DNA of 64,000 bases. Origin: Mayamaea pseudoterrestris. Taxonomy: Eukaryota. The DNA lies in assembly GCA_027923505.1 (NCBI GenBank), contig BROI01000001.1:1612001-1676000 (forward strand). Reading direction: 5' to 3'. The position numbers and the translations under genes were made by a program. A model generated the notes under the pieces. The model searched no databases and had not been told where the DNA came from. It saw nothing but the letters and a program-made list of their open reading frames with translations. Positions 35,674 through 47,848 of the stretch are shown piece by piece (within the stretch, counting starts at the first letter, position 1; each line of letters begins with the position of its first letter).

Positions 35674-38600
35674 TGCTAAGAGGCTGGCTGGCAAATACAT
35701 GCTATAACTGATGAGCTAGTCAGATCAATGAGAAGGACCGTAAGGGTCGACTACACTTGACCTTCCCTCCAGCTCATGGCGGCAGGAGGGAGGCTCGGAT
35801 GGAAGCCCAAGATACCCATGATGGGGAATGGCGATTTCTAAGTGGGTAGCTGGCCAGGCTCGCTAGCGGGAGCGGCTGGCGCAAGATCAATCCCTTTTGG
35901 CGGTGCTCCCAGGGGACCGGTCAGGTCGGTGGAATGCACAGGAGCAGGGTGACGGAACAACACACCCTCACCACCGTCCTGATCGGGAGGAAAAGTGGTA
36001 TCAGCATCCTAGAGGAGTTCAAAATAATTGTAAGATGGAGCATTAGGCTCATGCAAGTAGACGGTTCAGATTTGCTGATGGTGGGAGGTGGGATGATGCT
36101 TGGTGAAATAATCGGCCAGGTTGAGGCAGCCTTTGCGCCACAAGATGATAAATTGACCTTGGTTGACACGATCGCAGACCCAGTAGAAACGCATGTCGCA
36201 CGCTTTTGAGCGTTTTTGCTTGACTGTGTCATTGGCAATACCAGCAGTGGTGCTATTGTCGGTTTCAACAATTTTCCTCAAGGGCCGTGCGTAGGGGGCA
36301 GGCTTCCTTGCAGTTGTGGAAGAGGGAGCCAAGCTCAGTTTCAGTGGCGCTGGAGAGGACTTCGTGCATAATTTTGCATTCAATGTGCACTGGACCATTT
36401 AGAGGTGGCGGTGACGCAGTAGCGGGTGCATCATTGGGCGGCGAGCTGAGAAAGAAATAGCCGCCGGTGCGGGAGCAAGATTTGGGCGCAGAGAGATGCG
36501 AGCCATCGGAGACAACGTAGAGAATCATGCCACTGGCGGTGAAACGCACCACAGCATTGGAATGTGTTGCTGCATAATTTAAAAACTGGGTTAAAGCTTT
36601 CATGGTGTTTTCTGTAGGCTTGGATTGTAGCGAACCAAGTTTGCCGAGGGCCATGAGCATCGTGTTATCAATGCCACGCGCGTAGCACAGGAAAGTACCA
36701 ACAATCTCTTGGACATGCGTGATGCTATCAACAGCGACGGATGCAGAATCGTCATCTGGTGGGGTGTATTGTGGGCCTTTGCCGTACACTGGTTTTGTCC
36801 AGGCAAAGGGGGAGTGCTGTGGCCGCTTCGGATGTGGGTGCTTGAAATGCAGCAGCGCACGTTGAACGTAGCCTGGCATGGAGATGTCGCAGTTGCGGTT
36901 CACCTAATCCCAGACGATGTCAATGCCACAGTATTTGCTGCTGGTCCAATCAATGCTGATAGTATATTTCGCAAATAAGACAACAATGAGGCGTTGGCCT
37001 GCAGCTTTGTCGGGAACACAGACACCAAGTCATCAACAATGAGCGTGAAAACAAGTTTACTGCGTTTGTCAATCCACAGGCCAGGGGTAAGCGTCGCTGG
37101 TGCAAAATCGTGAGGGGCAAGGTATGCGACGAGTTGATCGTAAGCAATGCAACCAGCTTGTTTGAGACCATACATGCCATGATGAATTTCGACGACAGCA
37201 TGACCATTGTGGATGAGGTCAGCGAGACGGTATTGTTCCCGGATATCATCGGGAATGGCCCAGACAGGAATGTGCATGTATTCATACTTGTCCATTGGTG
37301 TGTTGAGGTAGAAATCTTTGATATCAATAGTCAGGAAGGTAGCACCGGGTGAAGAGACAACTTTGTTGAGCAGGAGCTTGACGGTGGCCAGGTCGGCGGA
37401 CTTTGTGCTCACGTCGCCGGCGTAGTCGAGTCGGTCCCCGCCAACAGTGAAAAGCACCCGGCGCGGATTTTCCTTTTCAGAGCGCCATGCAGACACAATG
37501 CGAAGGTACGTGACTTTCTTGTGCTTAGGGACAGCAGTGTGCGGAATGAAGAACATTGTATTAGTGCCGGTTGCCATTTTGTCATGACCATGGCACAAGC
37601 ATCCGATTTCATCTTTGCAAGCGTCAATCCAAAGCGCGCCTTCACTGCTTTTAGACAATTCGTGGTAGTCAGCAATGGCGCCAGTATCGGGGTCAGCGCA
37701 TTGCCAAGCATGGCAAAATGATGCTCTGCAAGCGACTTTTGTGTGGCCAGTGCAGATGGATGGACGGTGCGGCTGGGACCGAGCTTCTTCTTACCAGCAG
37801 CTTGGCGCGCGGCTTGTTTGCGTCGGCTCTTACCAACTGGACCAGTCATGTCAGAGTATGTAGCAGGTGGTGCCAATAGCAAAACACACTTGTTTGCTTG
37901 GAGAGGTCACCACCCTCAGAGCTGGGGCAGCGTCAGTGGACTCCACCCTCAGAGGTGGCGCACTAGGAGTAGTCGGCGGAGCAGAAACTTTGGAGAGGAC
38001 TGTCATTAAGTTCTGTAATGTGGTGATGTGACTATCGGTCAGCGGTGCAAGAGGTGATCCTGGAGAGGGATGCAAAAGGGCATGCGTAATGTCAGCAATG
38101 CCAGCCAAAATTAAATCAGTGGAGGAGGCAAGGGGCATAGTCACCTTTGTTGGGAACCATTTGACAGTGTCAACAATGCGAATTTTCTTGGTTTCCCAAA
38201 TCCAGATCTGGAAACATCGATAGGATTCCAGCGCTGGGCCAACATACCAGCCATCAAGGGCATGTGGCGACCAAGTAGTGTGCTGATCAGGTGATTCAAA
38301 AGCAAGAACGCAAATGCCTGGAGGCGCAATGGGCGTGCGATTGAAATCAAACTGGCCATACAACTGGGCGTAGGCACTTAGCTTGGGGTTTATGCGGGAG
38401 CCACGCAGTAAATTGACGGTAAGTTCTGCTTGTGGGACAAGGCGATCCCATAAGTGCAAAGGAAAATCTTTGTTGGTACTGCAGAGGCCGGCAAAAAAAT
38501 GATTTGCAAATGTGCGAATACAGCGCTCAGCTGCATTGCGACGATAGTTGTGCGGCGGCACAAGCTGATAATCAACGCCTTCATCACGCATATATTCTTT

Positions 38601-41294
38601 GAGTAGCGTGGACACTTCATTGTCCAGACGTTGGAGGACCGGACGCAGACCGGCAGCACACAAGCAGGCATGTAGGACTTTGTAGGCAGCACAAATGTGT
38701 GACACATACCAAGTTTTGAACAATTCAATTACGATTGTGTTGCTATCATAGTCATATAGGACCATGAGGTATTGATTGCTCTCACTGGATGCGCAGACAA
38801 ATTGGCCTGTTTGATCAGTGTAGATTTGGCCCATAGGTTTGATAATGTTGATGTAACGATGGTGCTCGTCGCGGATGGCGCCAACGTTGGGTGGAGTGGG
38901 AAGCGTTGGTCCGGCTGTCGCGAGCTGGTGATTTTTTAGTTGAGTGAATATTTTGGCGCTGATGATCCATGTGACCTTTGTGCATGGGGATAGAGACAGG
39001 TGGATGACGCCGCAGTGTCTCGACAGTAAGGCCTGGGAAGTTGGTGATGTAGTTCTTAGATAATGCTTTTTCCAGTGTCGTGAGCGCTGGTGAAAATAAG
39101 CTGGCATGCGCAAATGCCACAAGCTCGGCTGGAGTGGCTGCGCCAATTGCCACGTTGGCAGTAGCAAGAGGAGCATGCGTTGGTAGGGAAGGTGGAGGGC
39201 CAGGAAGATCAATGTGCCATAATTTGGTGGAAGGATGCCAATGACCGGAAAGGAGGAGGCTGTCATGATGCAAAATGTGCACACTGTCCTTGTCAAATTT
39301 GATATCGCAACCAGCATCACAGAGCACTCCAATAGAGAGCAAAATGAGTAGCAAGTTTGTGGGAACAATATGACCAGGCAAGCATCAGGTGGGAGACAAT
39401 CCAAATCCAATTCGGCAATGTGAGTAGAGTGCATGATGTCGCCATTTGGATTGGAAATAGTGATGCCACATGTCGTTGGTCATTTATTTATGACGGGTGC
39501 ATCAATGCGGAAATAGTGGCTGGTGCAGCCCGTGTCAGCAATAATACTTGTTGGCAAAGGAGTCGGAACAACGTCGGCTTGAGAAGAGGCAAGTGACTCG
39601 GCAGGAACGTTGGCCTCATGCATGAGAGTAGGTGTGGTTTGTGTTAAAATAGATTTTGGATGAGGAGTGGGCTGGGCTACAATGGCAGACAATGGAGTAA
39701 CAGCAATTGTTTTGTTTACATAGTTATTGTCTGGCATTGTAGCTGGCCCTCCCCGTCACGGATTATCTGTCGACGTCGCAGCCGCAGCCGAGCCAGAGGC
39801 AGTGCTGCTTGTGCCTGCGCGAGCGCGACGTGTGCGTCTATGGTTGATGTGATCGAAGCCGCCCATGCGAGATTCCAAAGTAGCCGCATCTTGATGACCA
39901 TCCTTTTTATTGTTGCATGTGCCACTGGTGTGCGCGGCCACCTTGCATAAACCATGGCTCCAACAGTAATACCAACCGGGAAGAGATGACGTGCCACCAG
40001 CAGCAGCGTTGTTGGCAGGTGCAGCACCAGTGCGCGGAGGATTGCGTTGAGCTGCATTAGCACCATGGTAGCCAGCGGTGCGACTCGTTCCCGAGGTGAG
40101 CGTTCACGTTCAGCAGTAGCCATGAACAGAATAAACGCATTCATGGTGGCTTGCGCTGGTGGATTCGTGTTCCATTGATACACAGCATTGCTGTAAACTC
40201 TGGCCTGGTCGAAAACCTGAATCGTGGCGTTAATAGCAGCAGAATCGGGAATCGGCTCGCCACCAAGTTCAGCAAAATACTGCACATCAGCGACCAAGGT
40301 CCAGCGTGGATCCAAACCCTTGTCGACATCGAACGGTGTTGCTAGAAGCAAACGATTTTTGGCCAAGTCATTTGCTGTCATGATTGCGTATTTGGCTTCG
40401 ATCCATTGGAGCAGTTCGGCACCAGATTGATTTTCAAATCCAATTCGGCGGTCGCGGCAACGTTCGATGTAGATTGGTTCGATACACGCAATGATCCCTT
40501 GCTTGACACTTTTGAGGACTTCTTGATGAAGCGTATAACGAGCATGCGCTGCTTTCCAAGTGTTGGTAGCGTTGGCGATAGCCTGGTTGGTAGCGTTATT
40601 GGCAATGACAGGGCCATCACCAGGATTGGGTGGAACTTCATAAGCCTCAGTACCTGGAAGGGCAAGATATTTGGCGGGTGGTAGAAAGGAGCCAAGATGA
40701 CCATGGCTGCCTCTGCCAGCAGTAGTAGTGACAGTCATGAGGTTGGCATGGATCTTGGTGCAAAGGTTGGCACACAACCTGAAGTTGGGCTGGCCATTGA
40801 TGGGTGTAAAACTCTTGTGCGGCATTTGCTCGAGGAGGGAAAGGACGTTAGAGGACATGATGGTAGACTCATCAAACGAAAAGGTGGCGAGAGGGACAAC
40901 AGCTCAAATGGCGATGGCGTAGGCGTGAAGCGTGCAAGGCACTAAAACAGTTTGGTAGACTGAAGGCTTGCTGCAAGGGCAAATGGGAGAGTTTTTGACT
41001 AGCTCTGCTAAGAGGCTGGCTAGCGAATACGTGCTATAACTGATGAGCTAGTCCAATCAATGAGAAGGACCGTAAGGGTCGACTACACTTGACCTTCCCT
41101 CCAGCTCATGGTGGCAGGAGGGAGGCTCGGATGGAAGCCCAAGATACCCATGATGGGGAATGGCAATTCCTAAGCGGGTAGCTGGCCAGGCTCACTAGCG
41201 GGAGCGGCTGGCGCGGGATCAATCCCTTTTGGCGGTGCTCCCGGGGGATGGGTCAGGTCGGTGGAATGTGCAGGAGCAGGGCGACGGAACAACA
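35674..41294 (-). mobile_element. Ty1/copia LTR retrotransposon, family 2; full length but decayed
   Basis: 289-bp LTRs 41006-41294 (5') and 35674-35962 (3'), TG...CA ends. TSD CTTTC at 35669-35673 and 41295-41299. Purine-rich tract before the 3' LTR. About 18 differences between the LTRs by manual count. Confidence 0.93.
36066..40858 (-). pseudogene. Family 2 gag-pol, frameshifted
   Basis: Gag (HGHLG), protease (IADTGCTSHY), integrase (IYTDQTG, RLDNE, RRNAAERCIRTF), RT (DIKDFYL, MYGLKQAG, IVDD), RNase H (ETELGSLF, TDN, DMRFYW, NLADYFTKHH). The INT-RT-RH order indicates copia. Confidence 0.9.
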
Positions 41295-42664
41295 CTTTCG
41301 ATCCTGCATTTCGAATCCTCCCTGCTACGCTTTCTCTCAACCGCATGCTTCAGGAAACTGGTTTGGTTGACCATATCGTTGATGGATTCTATATGGGCAC
41401 TTTAGCAAAAGATGCTGCAAGACGAGTCGCAATCATCATGGAAGAGCTCTCCCAGGCCGCCGGACCGGTAAATGATCGCCTGGATGGTCTCATTCAAGAA
41501 ATGTTCCACCTTGCGCACTACTACATCACCTGTAAATCCTTTGCCTTTCCCTTCATGTCTTATGTCATTTGTCATTGGCGTTTAATTAATTGGGCCATAG
41601 GTGAGAAAATACTCACTACCACAATGGACCTCTTTATTCAAGCGGTGAATCTACATGGCCTTGAGAGTTTCGATTATTTCCTATATTTCCTGATCATAAA
41701 TCTGGTTGATGGAGCTGTTGTTTTGTTATTAATACCTGAAGTCCAAGATTTTAGCCCTTTCCAGGTTGGAAACTGGAATGCTTACTTTGCGGAACGTCTG
41801 ATTGATGCAACTGGAGGGATTGATGAGCTACTCTGCTCGGCCAGTGCAATGGACATGGAGTGAGAGGTATCACCACGGGACCTTATTTGATTTCTGCTAG
41901 TTGTTCTTATTACTCATTTGCAATGGACACCTTGTCATGACAAGCAGCGGCATGAATGACTGCGTGCGCTCATCGCTGCTTTAGTTTGGGTCAACCTGCC
42001 AAATGGAAATGATGCAGCAAACGCGGATAGTGAGAATGGGATGAGTTGGACATGATCAGTTGGATTTACGCATTTGTTGATGAAGCGAATAAAAATTGAT
42101 ACAGTAGATTGCTTGTAAAATTACACTCTACCGTAGGTGAATTCGCATTGCGCTACAGATTGCAGAAGTTAGTGTGAAGCTCAGGAGGCACGCGTACCAA
42201 TGACGTTCACGTCCAACCTTCAATATCTGATATAAGGGAACTGTCACTAAGCCTGTGCTTGTCATGCTTTTATAAAGCAGACTGGCGCTCTAAAAGGTAA
42301 TTGATAGTTGCAATGCTTCAACATTATCGATCCAGAGAATGCTTTAACAAAGCCCGTCTATCGTCGCTTTCACCAATCCGTCTACCTAGCCATTACTCTA
42401 CATGATAAGGTGCGTTTATCCCAAGTGCTTGCATGGAATCACATTCAGCTGCACCTTGCCAATGACAACTCCATGACACAGACAAAACATGTAGATGACA
42501 AAGAGGTTCAATAGATTCAATTAGGAATAGTGAAGTCAATGCTAATCAGTGCATGCAAAACATGTCGGATGCAATCTTCCGCCACCTTTCAAACAGTTCA
42601 CTGCATTCCCAAAGACAATCTCTCCGACACCATGGTCAATGTACCACTCCATCAAGGAAAGCTA

Positions 42665-45600
42665 TTAGGAGGTAAACCGGTGCCTCTGGAAGGTGAGTAA
42701 GGCTTCCTCGTCAAGGTTAAACCATGTCTCAATGGCTTGGTTTTCCTGCTCAAATGACCAGCAAATGCAACCAAGAATGCAGAGTTGCTGCAAGGGAGGT
42801 GACGTCTTGTTTTGATCTTGAATACAATATGGACGAGCCAAAAAGTCTGGAGACAAGAAATAAAAATCAGTCAGCGAAGCAACACCCCAAGCATTCATTG
42901 CTTCCTGGATCAAGCCATTACAGAGCACTCCGTTCATGAGATTTGTCATGGCGGCAGCTTGTAGCTCCACTTCTTGGTCACCAATCCCATCAGTGACCAA
43001 TGAAATGGTTGGCGCCGGCAAATCTAAATTTGAGCGATGAATGTCAGCAGTCACCGATGCAAGAGCAGTCTGCTCCCAAGGGTTGACGTTGACAGACAAA
43101 GTAGAAGGATTCTGATTGAGTGTTTCCAGCAAACCCAAGCTACCGCTAGCAGCAGCAACAGCAGCAGCAGCCACCAATGCAAAAGTAGTCTGCTCCGCTT
43201 TGCTAGGGTTGACGTTGCCCGACAAAGTGAAAGGATTCTGATTGAATGTTTCCGGCAAACCCGAGCTACCACTAACAGTTGCCGATGCAACAGCAGTCTG
43301 CTCTCCAGGTTCAATGTTGCCTGACAAAGTAAATTGGTTCTGATTGAGCATTTCCGGCAAACCCAACTGCTCCGCTTTGCTAGGGTCAACGTTGCCCAAC
43401 AAAGCAAAGGGATTCTGATTGAGCGTTTCCGGCAAACCCAACCTACCAATAGCAGTAGCCAATGCAAAAGCAATCTGCTCCACTTCGCTAGGGCCAAAGC
43501 TGCATGACAAAGGGAAAGAATTCTGATTGTGCATTTCCAACAATGGCGGAGCCTTCTGCTTGAAACAAATGCCTAGCACTCTGAGTCGTCAAAATGGTTG
43601 CGTCGAAAGCACTTCCAATTCACCATTTTCATGGTGCGCATACAAGGCCTGCTGTGTTTTGCACCAGCGTTGGAGAAACGATCCATTGACTAGCTCAAAT
43701 GCCAAGGTTACAGTGTTTTGATGCTCTTTCGGCTGCTGGTACATGTCGCTCCATGAATCATTGGCTTCGGTTTCTGCCCCCTCGTTAAAATTTCCTTGGC
43801 ACTGCCTTTTTCGGGCATGCAAGGCTTTCTGCACGTTCTCCCCTTGTGTCTGGTGCGTCTCAATGCTACGTTTGCGAACGTCCATTGCCGGCTCGAGTGC
43901 AGCCATCTCACGTTGGTGTGCAGCATTACGCACTCCATCTCCGTCATAATTTCCATGAACTGTGGCAGCCACATGGGCAACAACTGGGGCCATAAAAGGA
44001 GCAGCACTGGGAGCCAGAAGAGAAGCAGCAGCTGCAGCTCCACCAAAAGCAAAAAGTCCAGCCACAACAACTAAATCCGCGTCGTTAGCAGCAGCTCGCT
44101 GAGTCGGAGCTGCAACAGGAGCCGGAGCGGCAGCCATAGGAGCATACACTTCTAGATCCATCATGTGACATTCAAATTTGCCATCCCAAGCATTTGGAAT
44201 CTGTGTATATAAGTCATGGCAGCTATTGTTGTTGGAGTCGCTTAATTCTTCCTTTACGTCATTGTTGGAGTCATTATTGTCATCTTCCTGCCACATATCG
44301 TGGACACGCAAGGGATCGTTCCAGTTCCAAGCAATTTGAATGCCAAGACCATTCAACTTGTCCAAGACACTCTCCTCGAAAGTCTTGGCAATCTTTATGA
44401 TACGCAACCATTCAAGCCAGAGCGCCAAGGCATTCCATCCCTTGTTAAATGATACGTTGCAATTCTTGAACTAGCCACTGGAAGTGAAAACAAGATCTGC
44501 ATCAATCATTGCTTTGAATCGCTCGCGACTCAAATCGCCAACGCAAAATAGAGAGCACTGTCGTATTTGCCAACGATTCAGCTTGTGGTTCAGTCCAGTC
44601 ACTTTGTTTTCACGCTGAGCAATTGTAAGCAAACTCAGCGAATACTTCCATTTGCGTCAGCTGTGATGAGATACATGATCAGGGTCATCAATGTTGTCTT
44701 GCTTCTTGGACTTTGTCTTCTTGTTTGCTGTCGCATTTGGTGCATTGCGCGTGACTTTGTGGGTGTTCTTGCAATCGCGGTCCTCTCAAAATTTTCTGCG
44801 CCACCAACGCAGGGGAGCCAGCCGACAATGCTTTTGTGCCAGACTCCTTTCACGTGGCTCGTCTACCGAGCATACGTTACAGACAGATGATTGTAATTTG
44901 CAAATTGTAGCATATCAAGCTGCTGCACTTGTGGCAGTGAAGGGTAAAAAAACTCAATGAGCCAGTCATGGGTGATTTAAAGCAAAAATGATTGAACCTA
45001 ATTTGGATTAGTAAATGTTGCTTTCATTTGAAGGTATCCGGCATCCGATCCATTCTCTTCTGTAGTGCTCTCATTGTTGTATTCATTGTCTGATCCATCC
45101 CCATCACCACTTTTGCTTTTGTCATGGTCTTCTTGCTCACCAGTTGCGGAGCAAAACACTTCCACCAATTTCTCACGTGTAAATCCGACTTGATGATGTT
45201 TGCAAATGAATGCAGCTGCGGACTGGTCTATAAACTTTACTTCATTTGACGCCGTAGCCGCGCCAGGTGCCTTCTTCGTGCCGCTTGATGTCGTTCCCCT
45301 CGTTGCAGTCTTGTGCTTGCCTGCTTTCTTTTTGCCTGGCAATGTCGCTGCTGAAGCCGCTACATATGCCTTATGTTTCTTCTTTTGAACAGGCTGGTTG
45401 GCAGCCAAACGCTTCTGTTTCGTACTGCTTGGCGTAGGCACAATTGGCCTTGCAAGGACAAATGTGTATGGATACAGAATTGTAGCTCATCCATTCTTCA
45501 CTGCAACAGTCTCATCAAGAGTCATTGATTCTTTCAGTTCCTCTGCAGTCAGCTTGACCCAGATGTCACCCATCTTACTTCTCCCGTCAGTCATCCCTTT

Positions 45601-46236
45601 AGTCACCAAAACATATGCATGATGAGTTTCTGGTGATGGGCAAATATGTTCCTCTACTCCAGAAGGCAAGTCTTCTATTGCACATGCTTGTATACTTGCA
45701 TCAGTCATCTCATTGACGGTGATCTCGGTGAGGTAATAGTCACGTGTGTCTGGGCCAACCTTGTCCACTCTAGATCTGCTAACAGACTTCTTGGTGGCGG
45801 ACTTCTCTTCTTGGATATATAACTTGGCTTTGAATCCTCTGCATTGCATGCTGTGAGAGGCGGGTTGTTGGCTACAACCTTTTTTGATGAGCGATGAGAT
45901 CTCTTGCCAATGACTTTGTCATCTCCCATGGCGACCACTATCACAGTATCAGCATCAGTTTGTTCAGCCACCTTAGCAACCAACTCACTGGTGTTTGTGT
46001 TGACTCAGTTAAATTAGAAAGTTGTGATATTGTTTCTACTACTGGAAAACGATATTATGTACCTCATCTTCTTTAGGGACATTGCTGTTTTCGATTGGCG
46101 CACTTGCAGCAACAGCCATCGCAGGAGCAATATCATCCAAAGCTTCCACTGGGTCCATCTTATCATCGCTCATTGCTGACATGAAATAAGTACACAAGTC
46201 AATGGATGGTATGTTGTAGTTTGGTTGAAAACACAA
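42665..46236 (-). pseudogene. Long decayed ORF(s) with internal LGLPETLNQNPFTLSGNV repeats and a C-terminal Gag-N-terminus-like domain
   Basis: ORFs 43589..44428 and 42665..43579 are in the same frame, separated by one TGA (probably from CGA). Upstream fragments 44998-46236 are on the same strand; their linkage is uncertain. Confidence 0.5.
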
Positions 46237-47848
46237 AGCGTTTGTGCAGTAGGAATTGATGGTGGATGGTGTTCATGGCCGCAAGTCGAAAGCGTGCGTG
46301 CGTGAGTGCGTGCGTGCTTGAAGTCGGGTCTGTACCAGTACGACATAAATGCGATGAAAAATAGCAAGCAGTCCAAGGCCTGGATGGAACTCAACACAAA
46401 AGGTGTTGCGGCGGGACCAATACTCAATGACAAAGCAAAACTAATTACACCGTTAGAACCTGCTTGACTTACTTAGTAGATCTAGTCCTTTAAATCAATG
46501 AAAACGGTCTACTATAAGCTTTAAAAGGCCAATGATTTGTGATGCGGGGTGGTGGGTCAATTTTTGAAAACTCTGCGTTAAGTCGCTGAATGAACAAAAA
46601 CCCCAGAGCGTATACCGGTACGAGTGCACAATGCCCTGCCATTACCACGTCCAATGGCCAGCAACAAAAAATACAACGACAATGATGTAGGCCATTCAGT
46701 ACACAACATGTCGAGAAACTCACACCATAATATTCCAATAATCTATAACATGCTTGCAGGATTGGATCCTAAGCTTGCTCTCTTGATTCACACCACGGCT
46801 ACTCAAGTTAGCAAAACAGCTACTCAAGTTAGCACCATGGCTGCTCAAGTTAGCCAGCAAGGTACTCAAGTTAGCCAGCAAGGTACCACCCTGGACACCA
46901 TGGCCAAGAACGTCAGCAATACTTTGCAACTTGTCATTAGCATGAATAATGGTATGGCTAAAAACCATCAGGCCACCCTCGCCAACCAGACTGCCAACCA
47001 GCAGCAGATCCTTGACACCCTCGCCAACCAGCCAATAATCCTTGTGCACCAGGAGCAGACCCTTGCCATTGTTGCCAACCAGGCTGCCAACCAGACGGAA
47101 AACCTTGCCAACCAGTGGCAGATCCTCGACATCCTTGCCAACCAGCCGAAAATCCTTGTGCACCAGCGGCAGATCCTCACCAACCAGGATGCCAACAAGC
47201 GCGCCACAACTGGGCAGCTCAACACTCTCCTGGCCAACCAGGCTGCCAACCTGACGGATAACCTTGCCAACCAGAAGTAGATCCTTGACATCCTTGCCAA
47301 CCAGCCGACAATCCTTTTGAACCAGGAGCAGACCCTTGCCATCGTTGCCCTCCAGCAGCAGATCCTCGACAACCAGCCAAAGATCCTGACCAACCAGGAG
47401 CAGATCCTCAACATCCTTGCCAACCAGCCGACGATCCTCACCAACCAGCAGCAGATCCTTGACACCAACCAGCAGCAGATCCTCAACATCCTCGCCAACC
47501 AGCCAACGATCCTCACCAACCAGCAGCAGATCCTTGACATCCTTGCCAACCAGCCGGATATCCTTGACATCCTTGCCAACCAGCCGACGATCCTTTTGCA
47601 CCAGGAGCAGACCCTTGCCATCGTTGCCCTCCAGCAGCAGATCCTCGACAACCAGCCAAAGATCCTGACCAACCAGGAGCAGATCCTCAACATCCTCGCC
47701 AACCAGCCGACGATCCTCACCAACCAGCAGCAGATCCTTGACACCAACCAGCAGCAGATCCTCAACATCCTCGCCAACCAGCCAATGATCCTCACCAACT
47801 AGCAGCAGATCCTTGACATCCTTGCCAACCAGCCGGATGTCCTCACCT

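Larger units (their letters stand above)
35638..41863 (+). pseudogene. Host ORF (about 199 aa, unknown function) interrupted after codon 12 by the family 2 element
   Basis: Removing the element and one TSD gives in-frame MDDGAFDATQPF-DPAFRILPATLSLNRML..., ending at TGA 41863. Confidence 0.6.
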
